From the NCBI GenBank assembly GCA_965644265.1, contig OZ286463.1:74710001-74774000 (forward strand): a stretch of 64,000 nucleotides of DNA, written 5' to 3'. The first letter of the stretch is position 1; each line of letters starts with the position of its first letter. Below the pieces are notes generated by a model. It ran no database searches, had not been told where the DNA came from, and saw only the letters and a program-made list of their open reading frames with translations. Origin of the DNA: Glycera tridactyla (lineage: Eukaryota). Below, piece by piece: positions 40,113-51,009 of the stretch. Position numbers and translations under genes: made by a program.

Positions 40113-41956
40113 ACACGGTCCATTTAGAGTGCACCAAAAACGCAAATATAATTTATCCTTTGTAGCATACATTCCTGGAGATCTGAATGTTGAAACACAA
40201 GTTCTGAAGGAACCAGATGGAATTTCAATTTGAAAATCACAGAAATGACAGAATAGAGATGAAGATATTGTCCAAGGTGGAGAGATTGGATTATGTATGC
40301 AGGAGTGATAAAAAAAATTGGATGATGATCCACACCAACATAAATCTGTAAGACATAAAACATGGATTAGCCTTCACCAGCAGCGGCAGCAGCAGCAACC
40401 CAACCACATCACAGTAGCCCCCGGCAACGGTAGCATTCCACTCACGCCCAGACTCAGGCCACCAGACAAAACAAGACATCGCCAGCGTTTAGAATCTTCA
40501 ATCGGAAGATGAACGGATACTCTTGCAAAGTGGGTATCTTGAATCTGCACATTATAGCCTTGTATCTAGTTGAGAAAGTGTACATATGCCAAAGAGTGCG
40601 ACTTATCTTATTAGATAATGTGTGTGCCGTTATTCAGGTATTCATATTTGGTTACATTCTGAGCTATTTATAGGAGTGCTCCATGTGAGATCATCTGGGT
40701 TTATTTTATGAACTGTTATTTCAAGATTATGCACAATTTCATAGGTCTTAGGCTACTCCCAGTCCCTTGTCTATTTGGGATATTGTTTATGTGTTAATAT
40801 AGATGCTATATTGTTTGTTGAAAGAATGTTCTCGTCATCTTTGAAAAAGAACAGCCGATTCTCATGAGTAAAGGGATGAAAGAAACTCAAGTCTCTCTGA
40901 TGGAGGACATCAGGGATCAGATTTCAGTTTAATTTCCATTGGGATCTAAATATCCAGAAATGTGGAATGTTGAAGATGAAATCTCTGAAATATTTATAAT
41001 CATCTGAAAACATATAATGCTAATAAGATATATTTTTGATGGAGAATGAAGAGGAATTTCAAATCTAATCGAACATACTCCTTTATCAGAGGCCTGGCTG
41101 ATATATGTATACAGAGTATCTGGAATTTTTTACAATGCCATTGCTGTGCCAAACAGAAATCGAAATATGTTAGATCACAAAAACTAGAATCTCATTAGAG
41201 ATGATTTTACTAGCTTGACTAACTTGGCAATTCCGTATCAATCACAAAAGTTTGAATCAATCCAAATATAATGAGAGAGGCTGCGGAGTATGTCAGAAGC
41301 CAGCAGATTAGTGATGAGAGGGATAGTATGGTTCAAAGATTCAATCCAGGAAGAGGAGTATCAGCACTCTTCATAACTAAACATGCCAGTTCATCGTTTG
41401 CTGAACACTGGCACAGCATATGCACACACTGAGCTTTCTGTCTCCATGGGGATTATCAATGGTGAAGCAATGGGTTTGCAGGAAATGCAGTGCAACCACT
41501 GTAGCATCAAGGACAGTCAAGTGCTTGCAAGATCTATGAAGATAGTTCTATCATCAGGCAGAGTGTATTCACATGTTAATGCTTCTGATGTCAAATGTTT
41601 ATGCAACAGCAAATTGTGTTCTTTCTAATTCTGACAGGCAGGGTTTCATCAAATTTGATTATAGCTATATTGTGAAATGTAGGTATATTGGTATGCTAAA
41701 CTTCACTGGCATCAGGCTACTGATGGTAATTTTATTCACACTTCTGCAAGATGCAGATGAGCCACTTTTTGTACCAGCAATCATTTATTCATTGTTCAAA
41801 TAGAGATAGATGTCCAGTCATCTGGTACCTATCATTCTATGCTACATGGCCACATATTATGATTATTCAAAATCGGATGTTTTTTTTTTAGCAAAGACTT
41901 AGATTTCTCCAATGCTTTCAACCTAGGAATTCAATCCATTTTTTCCTAGAAGAAAA

Positions 41957-42092
41957 GGATCCCATTTTGTAAACAGAAAAAATTGGCAAATTATGAAAGT
42001 CAAGGAATTCATTACCAGATATTTGGATCCCATTTTGTAAACAGAAAAAATTGGCAAATTATGAAAGTCAAGGAATTCATTACCAGATATTT
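41957..42092. repeat. Perfect 68-bp direct tandem duplication
   Basis: GGATCCCATTTTG...ACCAGATATTT occurs twice (41957, 42025) with no mismatch. Confidence 0.95.
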
Positions 42093-43192
42093 CTTATGGA
42101 TCGTCAAATATAATTGCGGAAAGATACATCCAATCAAGAGTCCCATGATGAAACAACTTTTTCAATCTTTGAGCTCAAATTATTGGATGCACTGCTTCAA
42201 CTCTGTTTATCATATTTCGATTCGATTTCTGAGACCTTATCAAGACTTCAAAAAAGCTGAATAAGCACTGAAATTATGAATGCAAGCGAGCCAATATAGT
42301 GTCAAGGTATTGGGAAGCACCCACACAGATTATAATGCATTTGTACCTCTCCAAAGAACTGATAAGATTTGATTACCAACATTTGTGATGTTAGTTAAAG
42401 GCACCCAAGATGTAGCATTGCAGTTTCTGAGAATCAATTGGGGCAAATTGGGAATTTGTTCTGCATGCGCCCAAAAGCTGGTATATAGTGTTAGTATCAC
42501 ATTTTGAGTAGTGTTTAACCCTTAACCTGCCAAGAATTGCAAATGCCAACAGTATGGCTTGTCTGAAGGTGACATAAGTCCCGCTTATCACAACTTCATA
42601 GATTCCATAATCAAACATGTATATCTTTTCAGGGTCAAATTTAACATGTGAATTTCGTTGAGATTTCTTGCAAACATCGCAGGGTAAGAGTTAATGGTGC
42701 TGTTGGTTTAGGATGATTATTGTGGGTTGTAACACAGCATTATCAGAATGGAAGTTGTGAAATCTGCAACATTTCAAAAACATTAATACACACATTGGGT
42801 GAAACAATAAATCACACAACAGTATGCAAAATAATCTGCTTAATATGCTTAATTTCAATCTATTAAGTGGTGAAGATTTGCCAGGGATTCATGGCTTAAA
42901 AGATTACTTCTCAGTTTTATAAAAGTCACACAAGCTTCAAGAATGAAATATTTAATGTTCTTGTGCAAGATAAAGCCTAAGTGTTGTGGATTAATTGTCA
43001 AAAGAAATCACCCTTTGTGAAAGTGTTGGGAAGTCAGTGATTAGACATATACAAGTGAGGTAAAAAAAAAAGGATGAGGTAGGGCACCAGTGGAGTGTGA
43101 GCACAAAGCGGAGGGTTACACCATCACGTCACGCAACGTCACGCAACACATAACGTCAACGGGTCTGAAAAAGATGGAGAAAAGATCTTTAC

Positions 43193-43402
43193 CTTGACCG
43201 AGTAAACCGGACAAACCTGCGTATTGCTGGATACCCGTGTAGGCCTGCGAAAGCGTATCGCCACTGCTGGCGGACATTGGGGCACTGCCCAGACCGTTGT
43301 GGCTGTTCAATGATGCAGCCATGTTCGCCGCACTTGGTAGGCTGTTCTGGAAACTTGACAGACCCCCAGGGTTTTGAATACCATTATTCGTGTTTGAAGA
43401 CC
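43193..43402 (-). CDS. CELF1/2: CELF1/2 linker exon (210 nt; 186 nt if the donor after 43217 is used)
   Basis: ttttttttcttttcag|GG TCT TCA...; (G)SSNTNNGIQNPGGLSSFQNSLPSAANMAASLNSHNGLGSAPMSASSGDTLSQAYTGIQQYAGLSGLLGQ; LSQAYTGIQQYA matches the conserved CELF LTQAYSGIQQYA motif; donor G|gtaaag. Confidence 0.92.
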
Positions 43403-44990
43403 CTGAAAAGAAAAAAAACCATCATTAACATCACGAAAAGCTACATCCTTAATGCCTGGTATTGTCATAGCTGTAATGCCACACAAAACAGCATTGAATG
43501 GATCCCTCTAAATCTGCAATTGTACTTTGAAAGTGATTACATGTCTTTAGAGAACAGTTCAAGATGTGGATTCCTCATATGGATACTTAGGATGATTCAG
43601 GCATTGCAAATACAAGTGAAGTAATTGAGCAGTTACCATCAAAAGCAGGATGGTTTGATGGTCACTCAGGGTTTGAGCACATGTATCAAATTAAAGGAAC
43701 ATGTGTTCCATGTGTTCCAGATCTAATAGCTGAATGCATTGTTGTGAGCATGGATCACTCTCACACACCCTGAACACGAGCTGATGGGAGCCAGAATAGT
43801 AAAAGTGAAAGTATCTGGCAGTTGATTGATCACATGGTTAGAGTTTAATTGCATGTATCGAGCAAAAGCCAGCTGGCAGTTCACACACACCTCTGCCTAT
43901 ATTTCATGATACAAGTGAGATAACATAGCAGAATAAGGAGATGTGCTACAAGAAAGCTGACAATCATGTTGACTGTGGCAATCTGGCAAAGGTAATCACT
44001 CAGCCCCGGAGTGGATAAAGACATCTATATACCATCATGTAGGTTATGTGAATTAGAGAACAATATTGAGAGAAATTGAACATCTTCCATGTGTTTCAGA
44101 TCTTGAATCTTAGATCTGAAGATTATTGTGTGTATAATGAAATAGATAGGATTCTTCTATTCTTAGATGAACGAAAGAGCTGCGATTCTCAAAAAATCAG
44201 GTATATGTGTGTTTTCAGAAGAGTATCATGATATCCAAAGATATCATCATGCAAAGAACTAGAAAAAATCCTGCATTGTGTAGAGACTCAAATGCTAAAG
44301 GGGGCGAGTGAAAAATTGTAGTCTTCATTACAATGTTACTGGTAAATTCCATCACTATTGCAGCTGGATCATTCCCTACATGTGTGAGAAGACCAATACT
44401 GACATGAGAAACCTTCATGAATAATTTCCCTTGCTATATAATCCACGCACACTTCTAGGATAACTTCAGGCACACAAGTGAAGACAATGGTCCTCGAATA
44501 CAAAAACAACTTAAAAGAAATATATATTAGCATTGTGGAAGAGGGGTCTAAAGGTATCTAGCTCATACTGAAAAGACATAAGGAACAATGCTTCCAGTAG
44601 TGAAATCTAATTTCATCAATCAACTTATATGAACCACTATTGTGTGAGTAAAACTTGAATTGTCAACATATTTGAGAGACTAGTACTTTTCCTCAGATTC
44701 ACCTGCAATAACATATCTGATGATATCCGTGATACTGTTCCCCATTAGAAGAAACGAGACAGCTCCAAAAGTTCACCCAGATGTGACTGGGGGAATAAAA
44801 TGATACTGGCTGGTGATATTGGTTGTATGTTGCTTGTGATAATACATCTGGTCGGGTTTCAAAATGTTAAACAGTGATGTCCGTGCCATTGGCATGGGAG
44901 AGAACTACTTGAGACATTTCCTACCAGGTTACTTACAGAAGCAGTGATCATTGGAGATCACAGAAACTCAATCTGTTATCACAAACAAGA

Positions 44991-45055
44991 TGACTGGCTG
45001 GCTGGCTGGCTGGCTGACTGACTGACTGGCTGGCTGACTGACTAGCTGACTGACT
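44991..45055. repeat. (CTGG/CTGA)n microsatellite running into a gap
   Basis: Tetranucleotide units up to the N run. Confidence 0.9.
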
Positions 45056-45332
45056 NNNNNNNNNNNNNNNNNNNNNNNNNNNNNNNNNNNNNNNNNNNNN
45101 NNNNNNNNNNNNNNNNNNNNNNNNNNNNNNNNNNNNNNNNNNNNNNNNNNNNNNNNNNNNNNNNNNNNNNNNNNNNNNNNNNNNNNNNNNNNNNNNNNNN
45201 NNNNNNNNNNNNNNNNNNNNNNNNNNNNNNNNNNNNNNNNNNNNNNNNNNNNNNNNNNNNNNNNNNNNNNNNNNNNNNNNNNNNNNNNNNNNNNNNNNNN
45301 NNNNNNNNNNNNNNNNNNNNNNNNNNNNNNNN
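45056..45332. other. Assembly gap (N run)
   Basis: Run of N. Confidence 1.
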
Positions 45333-45596
45333 ATATGAATTGCTCATCACAGACTGGATTTACCGCACTTATATTCCAGCTGGTCTATTCTAATGGTCTG
45401 AAATGGATGTTAACCATCAATAGTTTGACAGTTCCTCTAAAGACTAAAGATCAAGCAAGGGCTACATTCCATGCCACAGTCTGGCACTCAACAGGGACCG
45501 GGGTAGACACTCTCTCCTGCCAAGTTACAAAGGAGATACTTGAAATGCCCTGTGATTCCTGCTCAACTTTGGGATCCCATGACGATGCAGGATTGC

Positions 45597-45656
45597 AGTT
45601 GCCATGAGCTGATGAAGGAATCCAGATGAATCTCTGAAAGCTACTCATTTTCAACT
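45597..45656 (+). ncRNA. Minimal type-I hammerhead ribozyme motif (best-preserved copy)
   Basis: Stem I ATGAG(45604-08)/CTCAT(45644-48), extended by AGTTG/CAACT; core CTGATGA 45609-15; imperfect stem II 45616-35; GAAA 45636-39; palindromic AGCT; predicted cleavage after UA at 45643. Confidence 0.65.
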
Positions 45657-45951
45657 ACAACTCTGAGTATCATGGGCTTCCTACATCTACGAGAAAGCAG
45701 AGGCTGATATATTGGGAGTGTAAGAGGTGAAAGAGAAGCAGTTAACAATAGAATGCAATGGCTAATGTCTGGCAAAGACTGAAAGTGGCTGATTCCCATG
45801 TCATCTATGGCCCCTGGATGCCCCTGGATCTCTATATGGGGTTCATAATAGTGATAGTCAGAATAGCAGCTGACCTCTACCTGTTGGAAGCTCTGCAATT
45901 AGTTTGGTTGGAATTTAACAGCACCTGCAAATCCATAGTTATGTGTGCCAT

Positions 45952-46026
45952 CCTCTCTCTGTCTCTGTCTCTGTCTCCCCCCCCCCCTTCCCTCCCTCCA
46001 GGTCTCTCTCACTCACTCTCTCTCAC
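45952..46026. repeat. (CT)n / poly-C low-complexity tract
   Basis: Pyrimidine-rich simple repeat. Confidence 0.85.
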
Positions 46027-46342
46027 GAGAAAAATTGCAGACCTTAACCCCACTAACACAAGATGATGCAGAGCCCGTAAAACTGGGCTAACAGTTGACA
46101 CTTTAGACCCATCCCAACCTGCATTTCATAGCACCGATGAACCTAATTATGCATTCAGGTGTTTCCTCATTGAATTTCTGTCCTTCAAGATGGCCCGAGA
46201 TGCTTCAAAAGAGCTGCTCATGCTGAACATTGGATTCTCTTATTATCTGGTGTGCTGATTTCATGATGGAGCTCACTTTAATTGATCCCAAACATTTCAT
46301 CTCTCACTTTACATTACTGAGTCACTGCTAATGGAGGAATTA

Positions 46343-46486
46343 CAGTCAAACCTGTCACAAGCAGGCACCATATTGGACAGCTGTCTGATGTACGAGGCCA
46401 CTTCATGCATGTCACGCCAGTATTCTCAGTTTCACCAGTCTTGAACAGCCACCATTTGTTATCATCGAAGATGCCTGTTTAGACTG
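46343..46486. mobile_element. Degenerate MITE (CAGTCAAACCTG terminus)
   Basis: TA|CAGTCAAACCTGTC at the left, weak inverted match ...TTTAGACTG at the right. Confidence 0.45.
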
Positions 46487-48435
46487 ATTAGCATAAGATA
46501 CTTCCTACACACCTCAACCCATAGACTGATAACAAGGGAGCTCGCAGGACAGTAGCTGCAGTAAGACTGAGATAAGCTTTCGATACTAAGACCAATCATA
46601 AATTTGGGGGTAAAGCCAAGCTGGAGAGCTGTGATACGCATCACTAGTGTTGTGACAGGAATGGGCTGTTGAATACACAAGCAGCACAGAAGAAAGGTAG
46701 AAATAAAAATCAGGGTTGGTGACAACAAAGACAGCAATGGCAGACAAGTAATATCACCCAAAGCGGGACACATTAAACTCCCTCAACATTAAATCTGGTG
46801 GTCGGAGATAATTTCTTCACGGCAGTAAGCAGGAACATGTTGATTCTGACACTCATAGACAAACTTCAATGATGACTTTGACCAATAATATTGTGCTTTC
46901 ATCGAGAAATTTCTATATTTCTCATGACCTATGTGAAATGCATTGATAGCAGACAAATTTCATGAAAAGTGTAGCAACTATTCAAAAAAATCGGAATAAT
47001 CTGATGGGAACACAGCAAATTTGGGTGGGAGTAAAATCGAAGAGAATTCTTTGCATGCATTATTACCAATGTTATCAACATACTTGGAAAAAAGGCAATC
47101 TCCAAAACAGTACAAACTGAGGAATCAGGTTTCAATGTCTGCCAGAAGGCTTGTAGAACCATGAACTGAATTGTATCTATCAAGATAAGAAAAGAAATGA
47201 CCACCTGGTTTAGATTTAACATTGGAAGCAGCAACTTCTGTCCAGAAAGCATTTTAGGGGTTCATTTCTTCTGAAGTTTAAAGTGTCCTCAATGTTGAAA
47301 CCGGTATTTTCAGTGGATATGGTTTTGGGAAAACCATAGGAAAACACCAGTGTCAGTACCAAGTGCACTTGGACAATTCCACAGCAAATGATAAGTTGAA
47401 AGGAAGGCGGGATTGGTGCAGACCATATCACCTTAGTTTGCTTTCACAAACCCAATGATAATATTTAAACATGTATGACACAGATTTCAGATGATATTCC
47501 TTGAAGGGGCATAAAAATCCATCATTCAGAACGGGTGATCAGCTGTATCCTTTACAAAAGCCCCATGAGTGTTGTTAATAGTATCAACTGCTTGATAATC
47601 AAAAAGGGGTGGGTTCAAGAAAGCACACATAGGCTGAAAAGCAAATTTGGTTTGGCAACAACTAAAGTTCAATCAACATCACACCAGAGAAATTATACCT
47701 GATGATGAGGTGGCATTGGAGCCTACAAAAACAGAACAAAATTCATGTGAAACTTTAAATCCAAAATGTACACCCAAAACTGATATTGAAAACTTAGTTG
47801 GGTACAAAACATTTCATATCTTCAAATATGGCATCTTCAAGTAATGCTCAACAGGTTTGACCTTTGACGATTGCAGAGAAAAGTTTGCTTTTTTTTCAAC
47901 AGCAAAAATGTGACTAGCGGTGTGATATTCAAAAGAATATCCACAAGTTATCAACTGTTCCTTTCACTTCATATGTGTGATATTTTTGTGATGTAATCCT
48001 GTGTTATCTGCAGTCAACAATTTGCCCTGTCCGTTCAAACCTCATTCCTGATAAGTGCTCATGGGGGTTTGTCCTTTGATGAACTGAGAATATCAATTAT
48101 TTTGCCACGCCCTTTGATAAGACATGTATAGAGCATGTGATAGTCAATGTGAAGGTTCCTGGTACTCAACAGAACTTGGAAATTAGGGTCAGAATAAGCT
48201 CAGGCCATGGTTTCAGATCCTAGGTGTTTCTATCTTATACTGTACACTGAAATCTGTGATGTGAGATCACCCTAAATATTACAGAATGGCAATCTATCAT
48301 AAGAAGGTGGTCTCTCACCAGAGGTACTAACCAGTCCTAAATTCCTCCCACCAGAGTATTCATCACTTTATCTGACAAGTACCTAGGATGAACTTGCTCA
48401 AAACATATGATTTCACCCTATCCCTTGCCTTCATG

Positions 48436-48630
48436 CAGTCAAACCTGTCCATAAAGACCACCTTCGGTTGCATCAAAAAGCGGTCTTTATAGGCAGGTGG
48501 TCTTTAAAGAGAGGTAATTTACTGTTGAAAATACTATCACAGTTGCAGCTCTGGGTGGTCTTTATAGACAGGTGGTCTTTATAGAGAGGTGGTCTTTATA
48601 GAAAGGTGGTATTTAGAGCACGTTCATCTG
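48436..48630. mobile_element. MITE, complete copy of the family at 1-135
   Basis: CAGTCAAACCTGTCCATAAAGACCACC left end; repeated GGTGGTCTTTATAGA; degenerate right end then TA. Confidence 0.8.
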
Positions 48631-48707
48631 TATTTGAACAAGAGTTGCCCTATGGAAGTCGGCCTACAAGTGGGATTCATGCAGCAGAAGCAAACCATGC
48701 ATTTGCC

Positions 48708-48746
48708 CTGAGCTGATGAAGACCACTCATTTTGAAAGCTTCTCAG
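48708..48746 (+). ncRNA. Minimal type-I hammerhead ribozyme-like motif
   Basis: CTGAG-CTGATGA-agaccactcatttt-GAAA-GC-TT-CTCAG; perfect 5-bp stem I, weak stem II. Confidence 0.55.
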
Positions 48747-49683
48747 TTTCCAAGTTCGCTGTGAGTACCATGCACTTTTTCTACTGAGAGATTTATGTAT
48801 GTCACGGTATGAGAGAATGCATCACATATCTCTTCAACCCTGGCCATATACTCTGAGGAGACTTGTCTATTCCATTTCCATAGTGCAACCATTAGTATGC
48901 TATGTGCAATAGAGCTCAAGGCTCTGCACACTGGTACCGTCTGATCAGCTCAATATGTTCACTGATAAATGACTTCCCTTCGATGGGAGCTATACCAAGT
49001 GAAGGAAGGTGTCCGAATTTCATACATCTACAGAATTGTCAATCTATTCATCTAACCATAAGACAGCATATTCGGAATCCTGCCGCAATATTGAGAATTT
49101 TACAATAGGATAACTATGTTGATGTATAGACAATTCAATAAAAACCATAACCAACATCATCTTGCTATAATTAGTGATCAAGCTGAATTATCTATAGATA
49201 CTTCTGAAAATCATACTGAAGAAACTCATTCCAACAACGGTCATTATTGGGATCTAACTTATTCAGCGATCTGTCGCCATAATCAATGCTGATTTTGATA
49301 ACAAAGTCACTAAAACATCCAACAAGAGCTCTTGCCCTCAGACAAAAACCAACAGTGGAAGAAACAACTTCAAACTTCCAATTGTATCCCGCATTTTAGC
49401 CAAAGACTGCATCTAGTCGCGATCTTAACTAGCACTCTTCGAGATACAACTTGGACCCCAACCAGGTCACAATATCCAATGAACATCACCATATTGAGTA
49501 ACAAGTAAGATCAAAATGTCCCAGAACAAATGAGGAAGTTCCAGTGATGGTTTTTGGACAGCTGCTGCTGAATCAGCTATACACCACTCTCACTGACAAC
49601 AACTAGCAACTGATGAAATACAGAAGAAAAGATTGATCGGAGGTGGTATACAAATGAGTTGATTTACTGACAGTGCCACCTAC

Positions 49684-49782
49684 CTGTAGTGTTCATGCCT
49701 AAAGAGCCCCCTGGTGTATTATTAGAAGCGGCTGCTAACTGGTTTAATGCAGCTAAATTCTGCATGCCAAGGGCACTGAGAC
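49684..49782 (-). CDS. CELF1/2: CELF1/2 linker exon (99 nt, phase 1-1)
   Basis: ttactgttacag|GT CTC AGT...ACT ACA G|gtaggt; (G)LSALGMQNLAALNQLAAASNNTPGGSLGMNTT resembles the vertebrate CELF1/2 [24 protein letters not shown] segment; joins the 43402 exon in frame. Confidence 0.88.
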
Positions 49783-50436
49783 CTGTAACAGTAATTGGAA
49801 ACAGAAGCCCTGTTAAAGAACAACCTCAATGAAAGAACGGACGGACGGATACACATGCATACACACATCACTGATGTATACAGTGCCGCAGAAACAATGG
49901 ACACAGACAGACTACAACGCTCTACACTGGAAATAATGACATGAACACTTGACTCCAGTCCACCTCATGACCAAGCATAAAATCAATTCACTATACAACA
50001 GTAAAGATGAGAAAGAAAAAAGATGGAGAGAAAAAACAGTTTCTGTATTGTGACCGAATGCTTGAGCTGAACAGTATAACCCATCGTTGGACATCCACTG
50101 CTCTACCTGCCAACACCGAAGCAACTCATAGCCTTGTTAATAAGATTGTGACCCTTCCACTGATCATCAGCACAAACAAGAGACACATCGTCCACTCATT
50201 CTGGCTTGTTGAAAGCAACCACCATGGCAGCATGGAACAAAAGACTTGCAGATAGGAAGTATACCCTCCTCAGACAAGACTACGCATCACTGAACTGAAC
50301 AAGGAAATCTAACTTCCTGGAAGGTGATGACAGTGTATTTCACAAACTATACATCAGCTATCCTCCTCACAGCCTTCAATGTCGAGGAGGAATGTGAAAT
50401 CATTTTCTCGATAGGGCAGATACTTTTCTCAAGAGA

Positions 50437-50494
50437 GCCGACCATGTGCCGACCATGTGCCAATCATGTGCTGACCATGTGCCAATCATGTGCC
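50437..50494. repeat. 11-bp minisatellite, ~5 units
   Basis: GACCATGTGCC / AATCATGTGCC units. Confidence 0.9.
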
Positions 50495-51009
50495 TCCAAG
50501 CAACCTTCTAACATCAAAACCATCCTTGGCAAGGGCTCCCAAGTGACTGCAAATATCAGTCCTCTCTTGCAATGTGAATTGAGAAGAAAACTTTCTGGAG
50601 AGATACCTCAATAAACCAGTCTCAATGAAGAGAGCAAGCAATGATTATTCATGTCATGGGTGTACTTGAATATCTGTGTATATCATCGTCGTGACAATTA
50701 TAAATGAAAGACTCTTAACTCAACTCAACCACCTCAGGACAAAATTGGAATAGCAATCAGCAGACCAACCCAAGTAAATAAAAGAACATCATCACTCAAG
50801 TTCCAATCATCAGGTTATCATATGCAGGGCTACCAGAAGGAGAAATATGCCCAGTCATTAAAAACATAGCCTTCACTGAAGGCGGACCTCATCTCAACAA
50901 AGCCAACTCGAATGCCTCGAATATATGTAACGCATAGATGACCCAACTCATGCTGTGGGAAATCAATTTTCAAACAAAGGTTGGATCTATCAGCTGATGC
51001 TCATCAGAA

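Noticed and set aside
40318-40512. + strand poly-Q ORF (MDDDPHQ...QQRQQQQ)
   Set aside because: It is the reverse complement of the CUG-rich tract in the CELF intron; no + strand gene context.
2666-45350. ORFs containing long X runs (e.g. 2666-3184, 9784-10098, 15332-15865, 45042-45350)
   Set aside because: Artefacts of translating through assembly gaps.
45864-45912. 44-nt AG...GT bounded segment on the minus strand; also a pyrimidine-rich acceptor-like tract near 46670-46710
   Set aside because: Weak signals and stops in the CELF frame; such pseudo-exons are common in long introns.
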